A DNA stretch of 62,378 nt from positions 1 through 62,378 of the IMG/VR virus record IMGVR_UViG_3300030106_004741. The stretch is one strand, 5' to 3'. Below are positions 8,436 through 17,214 of this stretch, piece by piece. Source of the DNA: a virus (lineage: Duplodnaviria; Caudoviricetes). The translations under genes were made by a program, and so were the position numbers. Positions within the stretch are counted from its first letter, which is position 1. Every line of letters starts with the position of its first letter. Below the pieces are notes generated by a model. The model ran no database searches and had not been told where the DNA came from. It was given only the letters and a program-made list of their open reading frames with translations.

Positions 8436-8832
8436 AATCATTCATGTCTTCTATCATACTCTTATAAACCTTATCTGAATAAGATACATTTTTGGCAAAT
8501 ATAGGATTAGAAGTTAAACTAGTGGGGATTTCTTCCCCACTTAACTTTTTATATATAGAGCTTACAACTCTTTTTGCTTTGTAAGATAATTGATATAAAC
8601 CCTTTCTTTTGCCATCATATTTTCTAAACACCTGTATCCACCCATCACGAAGTAGATTGTCAAATCTATTTATATTCCAACTTATTAATTTATCAAACTC
8701 TGCAAACTTATCTTTAGAAAAGTATTTTTCAGAATATAAAAACAAGATAATATCTAGGTCGGCTTGAGATAATTTATATTTAGCTTTAATGAAATATCGA
8801 ATAACTCTCCAATACTTTAAATAATCTTTCAT
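8401..8832 (-). CDS. Winged-HTH (MarR-like) DNA-binding protein
   Basis: LSQADLDIILFL helix, LLRDGWI, and a wing ending YQLS; lone antisense gene. Confidence 0.65.
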   Translation of the reverse strand: MKDYLKYWRVIRYFIKAKYKLSQADLDIILFLYSEKYFSKDKFAEFDKLISWNINRFDNLLRDGWIQVFRKYDGKRKGLYQLSYKAKRVVSSIYKKLSGEEIPTSLTSNPIFAKNVSYSDKVYKSMIEDMNDFIRQQRHLSQE

Positions 8833-8871
8833 TTAATTTTATTAACTTTGCGTATTAAAGGTACTAAAATT

Positions 8872-9201
8872 ATGCCAGACAACGAAGAAAATAAAGAAAA
8901 GAACTCTACTACTAATAACAAGGAGAAAAAAGAGGTGGTTGTGGACAACAACGGGGATAAGGATAACGAAGAAAAGAAGGAGAAAAAAAAGAAAGAAGAT
9001 AAAAAGAATCTTCGTGAAACCTTAAAACTTATTGCCGACAAGAGTAGGGAGAAGATGAAAAACATCTTTAAGAAAGATGATAGAAAGAAAAGCACAAAAC
9101 AACAAACCAACGCCACTCGAACTAGAAGTACAAAACTCACAGGTCTAAGAGGGTTGCAGGGGTTCATGAGTAGTGATGACACATTTGATGATTTAGCTTA
9201 A
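8872..9201 (+). CDS. Highly charged K/E-rich protein (start at ATG 8872)
   Basis: TAACTTTG box at 8843; open frame. Confidence 0.65.
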   Translation: MPDNEENKEKNSTTNNKEKKEVVVDNNGDKDNEEKKEKKKKEDKKNLRETLKLIADKSREKMKNIFKKDDRKKSTKQQTNATRTRSTKLTGLRGLQGFMSSDDTFDDLA

Positions 9202-9211
9202 AAACAATACT

Positions 9212-9565
9212 ATGAAAACAAGTCAATTAAGAAAAGAATATAAAAAAGGTAATCTTGATAAAGAAGAGTATAAAAAAAAGAAAAAAACTAACCGTAAAAC
9301 TAAAGTAAAAAACACGGTTACTAAAACAAAAAAAACCATTAAAAAGGTAAAAGATAAAGTTGAGAAACTGAAAAAAAGTAAAGTGGGTAAGGTGGTTAAA
9401 AAAGTGGTAGATAAAGCATCTAAAGCTAAAAACACTAATGCTTATAAAATATATAAAGGTGGTAAAGACACCATTTCTAATTTGAAGAAAGGAAAAGTAG
9501 GTGCAGCCATTAAAAATGTTAGAGATACTGTAAAAAGTTTAAATAAGAAAAAAAAGAAAAAATAG
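9212..9565 (+). CDS. Lys-rich basic protein (MKTSQLRK)
   Basis: 117 aa, extremely Lys-rich; shared N-terminal motif. Confidence 0.75.
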   Translation: MKTSQLRKEYKKGNLDKEEYKKKKKTNRKTKVKNTVTKTKKTIKKVKDKVEKLKKSKVGKVVKKVVDKASKAKNTNAYKIYKGGKDTISNLKKGKVGAAIKNVRDTVKSLNKKKKKK

Positions 9566-9623
9566 AGATAAAAAATAAATAGTATCTTTGTAGGTAGTTA
9601 ATAATTAAAAAAAGAAAACTAAT

Positions 9624-9821
9624 ATGAAACAAGGTTATAATTCAAGACTTGATGAGTCTTTAGGAAACAGACATAAAGGAAAACACAAACAATCTTTTAA
9701 AGATAGACGTGATGAGTCTAAAGCTATGTCTAAAAAACTTTATTCTCATGCGTATGGTGCAGACCATAACATGAAGTATGAAGGAGTAAAAGAGTGTATT
9801 TCTAGAGCGGTTAGAAAATAA
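9624..9821 (+). CDS. Small basic hypothetical protein
   Basis: Promoter box at 9583; coupled to the next gene. Confidence 0.75.
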   Translation: MKQGYNSRLDESLGNRHKGKHKQSFKDRRDESKAMSKKLYSHAYGADHNMKYEGVKECISRAVRK

Positions 9822-10021
9822 TGGCTACGAGAGGAAGAACTAAAGAGAAGTTTCCTGAGATTAAAGATAAAAATCAAGGGAAGTTTACTGCTTGGGCAAA
9901 AAAAAACGGATTTAAAGATGCTTGTAGTGCAGCCAATGCTGTCATGAAGAATACAGGTGAGTATTCTAAGTCAGTAGTAAAAATGGCTAATTATGCTAAA
10001 AATTTTGGATGTAGTAGATAA
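9821..10021 (+). CDS. Small basic hypothetical protein (GKFTAWAK...ANYAKNF)
   Basis: TAATG stop/start coupling on both sides. Confidence 0.75.
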   Translation: MATRGRTKEKFPEIKDKNQGKFTAWAKKNGFKDACSAANAVMKNTGEYSKSVVKMANYAKNFGCSR

Positions 10022-10107
10022 TGAAAAAAATAATTGAAAAAATAAAATGTTGGATATCATGTTTATTTAAAATTAAATGTGACAAACCCCAATGCAAATG
10101 TAAATAA
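10021..10107 (+). CDS. Unannotated 28-aa Cys/Lys-rich peptide MKKIIEKIKCWISCLFKIKCDKPQCKCK
   Basis: Exactly fills the gap between coupled genes. Confidence 0.6.
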   Translation: MKKIIEKIKCWISCLFKIKCDKPQCKCK

Positions 10108-10428
10108 ATGGCAGAATCGCGTGGATTAGGAGATAGTATTGAAAAGTTCACTAAAGCAACAGGAATTAAAAAGGTGGTGGAAAGTGCAACGGAATTGGTG
10201 ACGGGTAAAAAAGACTGTGGCTGTAGTGAGCGTAGGGATAAGTTGAATAGACTTTTTCCTTACCAGAATAAAGAAAAACAATACGACCCTCTTCCTAATG
10301 AGCAAAACCCTACATCGTCTATAGGTCCAGTGGTAACGGACAATCGTGCAGGAGTGGCGGTAACTAGAAGTCGTAATGGAGTAATAAGAAGAGCGTGGTC
10401 ACCTAAAGGAAAAACATATAATAAATAG
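10108..10428 (+). CDS. Small phage protein with GLGD and CGC motifs
   Basis: SRGLGDSIEK...DCGCSERRDKLN. Confidence 0.75.
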   Translation: MAESRGLGDSIEKFTKATGIKKVVESATELVTGKKDCGCSERRDKLNRLFPYQNKEKQYDPLPNEQNPTSSIGPVVTDNRAGVAVTRSRNGVIRRAWSPKGKTYNK

Positions 10429-10432
10429 ATAA

Positions 10433-11104
10433 ATGGCTTATCAAAAAATATACGGAATACCGACTCGTACTATGTGGCTCACTCCTAGTGATTATGCACT
10501 TATACCATGTCCTTCTGATTTTATATATCAGGGAAAGACCACAGATGATTCGGGAGACCCAACTGTTTTGTATGACTCAACGGTAAACTTTAAAGTTCTA
10601 GGGGTGACGGAGGGGTGTGTTATTTTGATTAAAAAACCCTCCACAGGACAGGGTTGGGCAGTAGCTAGAACTATTAACGATGTCAAAAAAGCGGACACGG
10701 GGAATTTAGGATTGAATGCAATCGTTAGTTACCCAAATTATGTAACGGGTAAAGCTGTGAGTACAGACTATGCTATTTATCGACCTCCTACAAAACCCTG
10801 TATAGTTACTCCACGAACTTTAAGAGAATTAGGACTTGGGACCTATGCAGATAAACCTATCACCTTCCGAGATGCAGGAGGAGATTCCACAGATGTTTAT
10901 ACTGGTGCAGGTGTGCAAGCAACGTGGATAACGGGACTTAGTTTCATAGAAGGTCAAGGGGTGTCGAATATATGGCCTTTTCAAATATCACAATGGGTGG
11001 CAACATCAACTGATAAGGGGGTTGCGACTGATTGGGAAGCATTAGTTAACGCGGGGGGAGTTCCTGACGCTGCGGGTTGTCAATTATTTATGGGAAGTTG
11101 GTAA
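10433..11104 (+). CDS. Putative virion decoration protein, paralog 1 (MAYQK)
   Basis: Beta-rich; shares its N-terminus, SDYA.IP.P, YAIY and AGGD with 11135. Confidence 0.7.
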   Translation: MAYQKIYGIPTRTMWLTPSDYALIPCPSDFIYQGKTTDDSGDPTVLYDSTVNFKVLGVTEGCVILIKKPSTGQGWAVARTINDVKKADTGNLGLNAIVSYPNYVTGKAVSTDYAIYRPPTKPCIVTPRTLRELGLGTYADKPITFRDAGGDSTDVYTGAGVQATWITGLSFIEGQGVSNIWPFQISQWVATSTDKGVATDWEALVNAGGVPDAAGCQLFMGSW

Positions 11105-11134
11105 AAATAAAAAATTAAAAAAGTTTAAAAAAAA

Positions 11135-11740
11135 ATGGCTTATCAAAAAAATTTAGGAGTAGGAACAAGATATTTAAATATATTTGTATCCGATTATGCA
11201 GATATTCCCAATCCAGGGGCTTTTATGTTAAATGGGGTTACCACTACCGTAAGTCCAGCTCTTGCCCCTTATGGCACACTTCCTACAGGTCAAGCAGTAG
11301 GGCAAACATTATTAATCGATACGGGTGTTAATTTTGAAAGTGATACGGCTGTTAAAGTTGGTGACATTGTTTATGCTATTGAGAGTGTAGGTTTATGGGA
11401 GCGTGGGGCAGGAACAGTGTTAGGGGTTTCAGCATCTACACTGGTAGTAAGTACTAATCCTGTATCAACGCCTTTTAATATAGATTTTGCAATAGGTACA
11501 GGAATTAAATATGCAATTTATGATGGTTCGATGAATGAACCGTGTATGCTTTATGATGGATTAATGTCGGATAAGTTTGCAAATTGGATGGTGACAACGG
11601 CAGGAGGAGATACATTGGAAATTCCTAGTGGAGGTCCAGGTGCTGTCGCTGACCCTGTTGTTAATTGCCAAGTAAAAAAACTATGGCTACCTAAAAACTA
11701 CACAGATTTTAATCCTACACGAAGTTACGGAGTATGGTAA
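11135..11740 (+). CDS. Putative virion decoration protein, paralog 2 (MAYQK)
   Basis: Paralog of 10433. Confidence 0.7.
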   Translation: MAYQKNLGVGTRYLNIFVSDYADIPNPGAFMLNGVTTTVSPALAPYGTLPTGQAVGQTLLIDTGVNFESDTAVKVGDIVYAIESVGLWERGAGTVLGVSASTLVVSTNPVSTPFNIDFAIGTGIKYAIYDGSMNEPCMLYDGLMSDKFANWMVTTAGGDTLEIPSGGPGAVADPVVNCQVKKLWLPKNYTDFNPTRSYGVW

Positions 11741-11800
11741 ATAAATGGATAACAACTAGTTCGTGGGATGTTCCCATGACTATAAAATATATTATTAAAG

Positions 11801-11929
11801 ATGGCAAAAAAAGTATGGACCTTTACACCCACCAAAAAAAAGTCGCATCATCGACATGCAAAAAGCGGGACATCGTATAATAAGGGGTCTAAAAATTACA
11901 TTAAACAATATCGTGGACAAGGAAGATGA
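11801..11929 (+). CDS. Unannotated 42-aa basic peptide ending YRGQGR
   Basis: Manual translation; ATGA overlap with the next gene. Confidence 0.65.
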   Translation: MAKKVWTFTPTKKKSHHRHAKSGTSYNKGSKNYIKQYRGQGR

Positions 11930-12942
11930 GAGTATTATTAATTTTATTTTTATTTCCTTTATTGTCTTTTGGGCAATTTTTTAAGTACTCTACTGTGTAT
12001 ACTTCTTTTTCTATGGGGACATCTATGTCTGAAAGAGAAAATTATATTGCAGTAAATAGAGGTTATGAAGATGTTACAGAAATTAATCCTTACGATTATA
12101 ATTTAACTTTCGGAATCCGAAAAATAGCAAGATTTGATTATGAATATAAAGTTAAAACGTGGTACTACGGTACTGAACGAACTGTTTCAGACAATGTTAC
12201 TGTTGGGAATGCTAGTGGTTGGGAGTATCTCCTTAATTATTCTTTTATACGGAATCGTGGTGAAACATTTAATAATGCAGATTTTTGGTTACGTTACCTC
12301 GGCAATAACACGGTTACTAAGTTGCAATACAAAGATAACCAAAGGGTAAATTTAGAATACACTTCTTTTGACACTAGATTGCGTTTTACTAAAGGCCCGT
12401 GGGATTTTACTGCAGGAGTAATTGCAAGAAATCACCCTGTGTATGGGGTTAATCCTATTGAGGATTTTTGGACTCCAGGAGAAAGCACTTTTGTAGAGTT
12501 AGCGGCAGATTTTGGATATAGTAGAGAGTTTGTAAATGGACAATGGCATTGGTTTAGTGGGGAAGAACTATTAGCAACATCGAATGATGAGTTTTATAAA
12601 CATTATTTTGGAGATGCTGTTGCATCGTTTAATGAACAAGAATTAGAAAAATTAGGCACACAAAACGAAATAAGTGCCGTTTTAGGTGTTTCATACTATA
12701 AATGGACTCCTAAACTATGGATTCATATATGGTATAATTTACTACCTTTGCATTATGGACTAGATGATTATTCTTTTGAATATGGTGGAGAAAAATATGA
12801 TTGGGCAGAATGGGATTCAGGAATAGTGTTTGGTTCTCGCATCACAAAACACTTAGGGATATTTGTAGAAGGTACTCATCAAAAGTATTGGATGAAGCCT
12901 GTATATGAGTTAAAGTTTGGGTTTAACTATTTATTCTTTTAA
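11926..12942 (+). CDS. Putative outer-membrane beta-barrel protein with Sec signal
   Basis: Signal peptide ...LSFG/Q, alternating aromatic-rich beta strands, C-terminal YELKFGFNYLFF beta-signal. Confidence 0.7.
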   Translation: MRVLLILFLFPLLSFGQFFKYSTVYTSFSMGTSMSERENYIAVNRGYEDVTEINPYDYNLTFGIRKIARFDYEYKVKTWYYGTERTVSDNVTVGNASGWEYLLNYSFIRNRGETFNNADFWLRYLGNNTVTKLQYKDNQRVNLEYTSFDTRLRFTKGPWDFTAGVIARNHPVYGVNPIEDFWTPGESTFVELAADFGYSREFVNGQWHWFSGEELLATSNDEFYKHYFGDAVASFNEQELEKLGTQNEISAVLGVSYYKWTPKLWIHIWYNLLPLHYGLDDYSFEYGGEKYDWAEWDSGIVFGSRITKHLGIFVEGTHQKYWMKPVYELKFGFNYLFF

Positions 12943-12944
12943 GT

Positions 12945-13586
12945 ATGAGAAAATATATATTTATTTTATTTGTTTTATTAAGTTGGTTTGCAAAAGGACA
13001 AGAGTACAACAATAATTGTGCATCCTGTGTTGAAACGGGAGGTTTTTATTGTGGTGATGACGAATCAAATTGGACACAGTATTCTCCAAATGGATGTGTT
13101 CCAAATAATTGGCTTAATGATGGTTGGGAAGATTGTGTTGATGCTTCTGATGAAAATGGAGCTGAACCTACATCATTAGAAAGTTGTGCTATTGATATAG
13201 TGCCATGTGATACCGTGTATGTGGATGTGATAGAATATATAAATTTAACAGACACCGTTTATGTAGAGTTAATCGATACCATTATAGAAGTCCAGGTTTT
13301 TGAAGAAATTGATACTCTTTATGTATATGAAGATGTATTAGACACGATGTTTATAGATGTGATAGAATATGTAGAGATATTTGTTATAGACACTATTATT
13401 GAAACAGAATGGATGTATATAGAAGAGTATATTGATTGTGACACAGGATTACCGTGTAATACTCAAATAATAGAAATAATTAAAGATTCTAAAACTAGCT
13501 CTTTAATGTATAATTTAAAAGGACAGGTTATAAGAAAACCTGAAAGTATATATATTCAAAATGGCAAAGTGAAATGGCTCAAATAG
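12945..13586 (+). CDS. Secreted acidic protein with an LDL-receptor class A-like module and a T9SS-CTD-like C-terminus
   Basis: Signal ...AKG/Q; FYC...GCVPNNWLNDGWEDCVDASDE; DT(V/I/L) repeats; MYNLKGQ...IYIQNGK. Confidence 0.7.
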   Translation: MRKYIFILFVLLSWFAKGQEYNNNCASCVETGGFYCGDDESNWTQYSPNGCVPNNWLNDGWEDCVDASDENGAEPTSLESCAIDIVPCDTVYVDVIEYINLTDTVYVELIDTIIEVQVFEEIDTLYVYEDVLDTMFIDVIEYVEIFVIDTIIETEWMYIEEYIDCDTGLPCNTQIIEIIKDSKTSSLMYNLKGQVIRKPESIYIQNGKVKWLK

Positions 13587-13861
13587 GAGAAAACACAAAG
13601 GTTAGTACTGACTTAAAATTTATTATCAGTTTTGTAATAATGATAGTAGGGTTGGTGGGTACTTATTATAATCTTGTAGGACAAGTAAATGAATTAGAAC
13701 TTAAGGTAAATAAGTTCGATGGATATCCTAGTGCTAATGAGATAAACATGAAAAATGAACTGATACGACAAACAGTTTTATCCAACAAAGAAACATTAGA
13801 TGCTATAGAAAACAAGATAGATGTTATGGATGAAAGATTGTATCAAGTAATTCAAAAATAA
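13574..13861 (+). CDS. Single-TM protein with C-terminal coiled coil
   Basis: FIISFVIMIVGLVGTYY followed by a heptad pattern. Confidence 0.7.
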   Translation: MAQIGENTKVSTDLKFIISFVIMIVGLVGTYYNLVGQVNELELKVNKFDGYPSANEINMKNELIRQTVLSNKETLDAIENKIDVMDERLYQVIQK

Positions 13862-14223
13862 TGCGAGTTTTATTTTATTTATTATTATTCTTTACCACCC
13901 TGTGTATAGGGCAAGATTATATCCAAGAGGATAAGTTTGAGGAAGTGTTGAGTGAAGATATTGTAATAATTGAGTTTTATGCAGATTGGAACAAAGACAA
14001 TAAAATAGATTTAAAAGAATTTAAGGATGTGAAGTCTTATGTAGTAAATGTAGAAGACTGTCCCAATTTAACTAAAGAATACAAAATACTTTCTGTTCCT
14101 ACCCTAATTATTTTTAATAATAAAAAGGTGGTGGAAAAATATGAAGCTGATTTAACTTTTCAGTTATGTATAAAGGCAGCTAAAAAGAAAGTAGAAGAAT
14201 TAGTATTAAAGAAATTTATGTAA
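13861..14223 (+). CDS. Exported thioredoxin-fold protein lacking CxxC
   Basis: Signal ...CIG/Q; IIEFYADWNKDN in place of WCxxC; SVPTLIIF cis-Pro strand. Confidence 0.75.
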   Translation: MRVLFYLLLFFTTLCIGQDYIQEDKFEEVLSEDIVIIEFYADWNKDNKIDLKEFKDVKSYVVNVEDCPNLTKEYKILSVPTLIIFNNKKVVEKYEADLTFQLCIKAAKKKVEELVLKKFM

Positions 14224-14225
14224 GT

Positions 14226-14705
14226 ATGAAGTTGTCGAAAAATTTTTCTCTTTCGGAGTTTTTAAAATCTAATGTGGCTAAGCGTCACGGAATCTCTAAT
14301 TCTCCCGAAGAACATCATATTGAACAGATGAAGTTATTGTGTGAAAACACATTACAACCTATAAGAGATGGCATAGGTTCTATTGGTATTAATTCAGGAT
14401 TTAGGTCAAAAGAATTAAACAAAGCACTTGGTGGAGCTCATAAAATAAAAGATGGAGTTTATGTTGCTACAAGTCAACACTGTAAAGGACAAGCGGCAGA
14501 TTTAAAATTCAGAAACAAAGAAGGGAAGGTAGACAATAAGGTTATATGGGATTATGTTATAGAAGAAGGAGTTGAGTTCGACCAAATGATAAATGAATTT
14601 GATTTTGCATGGATACATATATCTTATAATCCTGAAGGAAATAGGTGTCAATTATTAGAGGCATATAAGGGTTCTAATGGAAAAACTAAATATAAAAAAG
14701 TATGA
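14226..14705 (+). CDS. Endolysin, peptidase M15 family (Zn)
   Basis: NSGFR, SQH, AAD and WIHIS motifs. Confidence 0.88.
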   Translation: MKLSKNFSLSEFLKSNVAKRHGISNSPEEHHIEQMKLLCENTLQPIRDGIGSIGINSGFRSKELNKALGGAHKIKDGVYVATSQHCKGQAADLKFRNKEGKVDNKVIWDYVIEEGVEFDQMINEFDFAWIHISYNPEGNRCQLLEAYKGSNGKTKYKKV

Positions 14706-15076
14706 TAAAAGGATTTATAAAATCACTAATTGGAGATGCATCTACTATTATTGATGAAGTGGTTACATCTAAAGAAGAAAAAATAGCACTACGAAATGCT
14801 ATGAAAAAAATGTTATTAGAATCAGAAGTAGAGTTGCAAAAAAATGTGACAGAAAGGTGGAAGGCAGATATGCAATCCGACTCGTGGTTAAGTAAAAATG
14901 TAAGACCCCTTACATTAGCGTTTCTATTAGTTTCTACAGTTTTACTCATATTTATAGATGCGGGTTTTATTAACTTTGAAGTCAAAAATTCATGGGTAGA
15001 TTTATTACAGCTTGTCATGATTTCTGTAGTGGGGGCGTATTTTGGAGGTCGTTCACTTGAAAAAATTAAAAAATAA
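14702..15076 (+). CDS. Holin (GTA/3TM-type)
   Basis: RWKADM..DSWLSKNVRP, TM helices, YFGGRSLEK; adjacent to the endolysin. Confidence 0.82.
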   Translation: MIKGFIKSLIGDASTIIDEVVTSKEEKIALRNAMKKMLLESEVELQKNVTERWKADMQSDSWLSKNVRPLTLAFLLVSTVLLIFIDAGFINFEVKNSWVDLLQLVMISVVGAYFGGRSLEKIKK

Positions 15077-15077
15077 T

Positions 15078-15197
15078 ATGGCACGAAAAAAAAGAATGAA
15101 AAACCCCTGTTGGAAAGGTTTTATTGCTTACGGAACAAAAATAAAAAAAGGAAAAAAAGTTCCTAATTGTGTTCGTAAAAAAAGGAAAAAAAGATGA
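15078..15197 (+). CDS. Unannotated 39-aa basic peptide with PCWKG...GKKVPNCV motif
   Basis: Manual translation; ATGA overlap with the next gene. Confidence 0.7.
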   Translation: MARKKRMKNPCWKGFIAYGTKIKKGKKVPNCVRKKRKKR

Positions 15198-15493
15198 AAA
15201 TAACAAGCGCCAAAAAACAAGCGGCATTAAAAAATGCAGGAGTATCAGGTTTAAACAAACCTAAAAGAACACCCAATCACCCTACTAAATCTCATGTAGT
15301 AGTTACAGTTTGTGATGGTAAAATAAAAACTATTCGTTTTGGGGAACAAGGGGCAAGTACCGCGGGAAAACCTAAACAAGGAGAGTCAGATAGAATGAAA
15401 AAGAAAAGAAAATCTTTTAAATCTAGACATCGTAAAAATATAGCAAAAGGAAAGTGTTCGGCAGCGTATTGGGCGGATAAAGTAAAATGGTAA
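15194..15493 (+). CDS. Basic phage protein (IRFG...SFKSRH...YWA..VKW)
   Basis: 99-aa ORF with a motif pattern typical of small phage proteins. Confidence 0.75.
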   Translation: MKITSAKKQAALKNAGVSGLNKPKRTPNHPTKSHVVVTVCDGKIKTIRFGEQGASTAGKPKQGESDRMKKKRKSFKSRHRKNIAKGKCSAAYWADKVKW

Positions 15494-15533
15494 AATTTTA
15501 CTATCTTTGTAGAATAATTTAAAATATAATATA

Positions 15534-15767
15534 ATGACAAAAAAAATAACTAATGAAGAGTTAAACTCTCTTAAAGAAAGTTTAAAAGCTCATAATGATT
15601 TAAAAATCAAACTAGGAGATACTGTTATTCAACAACAAAGTTTGTTGGCGGGAATGGCTAGATTAAGAACTGAGTTTGCAAAAGAAGAAAATAAACTAAT
15701 AGAAAAATATGGTAAAGACTCTCGTATTAATATGGAAACAGGAGAGGTTACCGAAATAAAAGAATAA
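15534..15767 (+). CDS. Small coiled-coil protein (tail-assembly-chaperone-like)
   Basis: Heptads and a KYG...INMETG ending; promoter box at 15502. Confidence 0.7.
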   Translation: MTKKITNEELNSLKESLKAHNDLKIKLGDTVIQQQSLLAGMARLRTEFAKEENKLIEKYGKDSRINMETGEVTEIKE

Positions 15768-15770
15768 ACC

Positions 15771-16022
15771 ATGGGTAAAATCAGCACATACAACCAAATA
15801 GTTACACCTGCGTTAACGGACTTAGTTATAGGTACGGATATTAATGATAGTAATATAACTAAAAATTTTAGTGTTCAACAAATAATATCAATGTTGGGAG
15901 GTGGTAGTACGGGTGCAATAGTCATCTTACCTGAATATGGTAGTGATGGCGCGGCAGGTTCAGCAGGATTGGTTGCAGGTCAATTTTATCGTACAGGAGG
16001 AGATGTGAAAGTTAAATTATAA
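15771..16022 (+). CDS. Virion fibre/decoration protein with shared N-terminal module 1
   Basis: MGKISTY...TDLVIGTD...TKNFSV. Confidence 0.7.
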   Translation: MGKISTYNQIVTPALTDLVIGTDINDSNITKNFSVQQIISMLGGGSTGAIVILPEYGSDGAAGSAGLVAGQFYRTGGDVKVKL

Positions 16023-16025
16023 TGC

Positions 16026-16583
16026 ATGGGAAAGATAAGTACATACGATGTAAACTCTATTCCTGTGGGAACAGATATGTTAATTGGAACAGATGTTCAA
16101 TCCACTCCACCTAATCAAACTAAAAATTTTACGGTTAATCAATTAGCTGAGTATGCCCAAGGAGCATATATAACACAAAGAATTTCTATAAGTGGGGCTA
16201 ATGTGGTTTTGTCAAGTACAAATGCTATTACCCTAATAGAAGCTGCCCCTTCAGGTAAGGCAATTTTTCCTATTCAAATACTAGTAGATAACAACCCTTA
16301 TAGTGGGCCTCAATTTACCACAAGTGCCACTTCCACTTTAACTATTGGATACATTCAATCGGTAAGTGGGATTGCGGGAGATGGGCGCTTTGTAGATAGT
16401 TCAATTACAGCACATGCCCTATTCAATTCAACAGTGGGTAGAGTTTTATGGTATCGTCCACCTACTAATCAAGAAATTTTACCTGTAGGCAACGAGAGGC
16501 CATTGGGTTTTAGAACTACCAATATAACGGGAGGGGGTGATAATTTAAATATACACTTTACTATTACTTATAAGATTATTTAA
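16026..16583 (+). CDS. Virion fibre/decoration protein with shared N-terminal module 2
   Basis: MGKISTY...TDMLIGTD...TKNFTV, then a beta-sandwich-like C-terminus. Confidence 0.7.
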   Translation: MGKISTYDVNSIPVGTDMLIGTDVQSTPPNQTKNFTVNQLAEYAQGAYITQRISISGANVVLSSTNAITLIEAAPSGKAIFPIQILVDNNPYSGPQFTTSATSTLTIGYIQSVSGIAGDGRFVDSSITAHALFNSTVGRVLWYRPPTNQEILPVGNERPLGFRTTNITGGGDNLNIHFTITYKII

Positions 16584-16584
16584 A

Positions 16585-17187
16585 ATGGCAAAGATAGAGT
16601 CTTTTGAGATTGTAAACCCTGTGGAGGGAACAGATATAATGGTGGGGACAGATGTTAGTGAAGTTAATCGACCTGTTAAAAATTTTACAATAGACTCACT
16701 TTCTCCCTTACTGAATGGAGAGTGGTATGATTTTAAATACATAATGCCTAGAGAGGAAATTGAAAACCTTAATAACCCTGCGGGAGGAGGTAATGATGTA
16801 ACAACCTTTTTGCCCGCAAAACCAGGGGGGATGTGGGTGATAGATTTAAACACTTGGTATTGGAAAACAATATATAAAGATACTCCATGGCAACTTACAG
16901 GTTTTTCCTTTGGGTTTTTTTTTCCTTATTTTTATGGAACAGTAGTGAGTGGAGGTTCTTATTTTTACTATGCCAATGCTCAAAATGTAAATTATTCCAA
17001 ACTTGTGACTAACACCCAAAATGCCTTATGGAGATATAATGATAGTTATGATGCTAGCCAAAACAACACACTAGATATGACAAATACGAGTTTTGGAATG
17101 AGGTGGGCTTTTTTTGGAGAGGTTACAGGAGGAGGAGGGCATTGGGAGTTTGGATTTAGATATAGGTTTACAGAAATACAAACCTAA
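16585..17187 (+). CDS. Virion fibre/decoration protein with shared N-terminal module 3
   Basis: MAKIESF...TDIMVGTD...VKNFTI, then an aromatic-rich C-terminus. Confidence 0.7.
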   Translation: MAKIESFEIVNPVEGTDIMVGTDVSEVNRPVKNFTIDSLSPLLNGEWYDFKYIMPREEIENLNNPAGGGNDVTTFLPAKPGGMWVIDLNTWYWKTIYKDTPWQLTGFSFGFFFPYFYGTVVSGGSYFYYANAQNVNYSKLVTNTQNALWRYNDSYDASQNNTLDMTNTSFGMRWAFFGEVTGGGGHWEFGFRYRFTEIQT

Positions 17188-17214
17188 ATAATTAATAAAA
17201 TAAAATGAAAAACA

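Noticed and set aside
13148-13154. Other CTGATGA matches (also about 24292 and 35980) as hammerheads
   Set aside because: They fall inside coding sequence with no stems or correctly placed GAAA/UH.
13861-14223. Active thioredoxin as an auxiliary metabolic gene
   Set aside because: The CxxC motif is absent (WNKDN) and the protein has an export signal.
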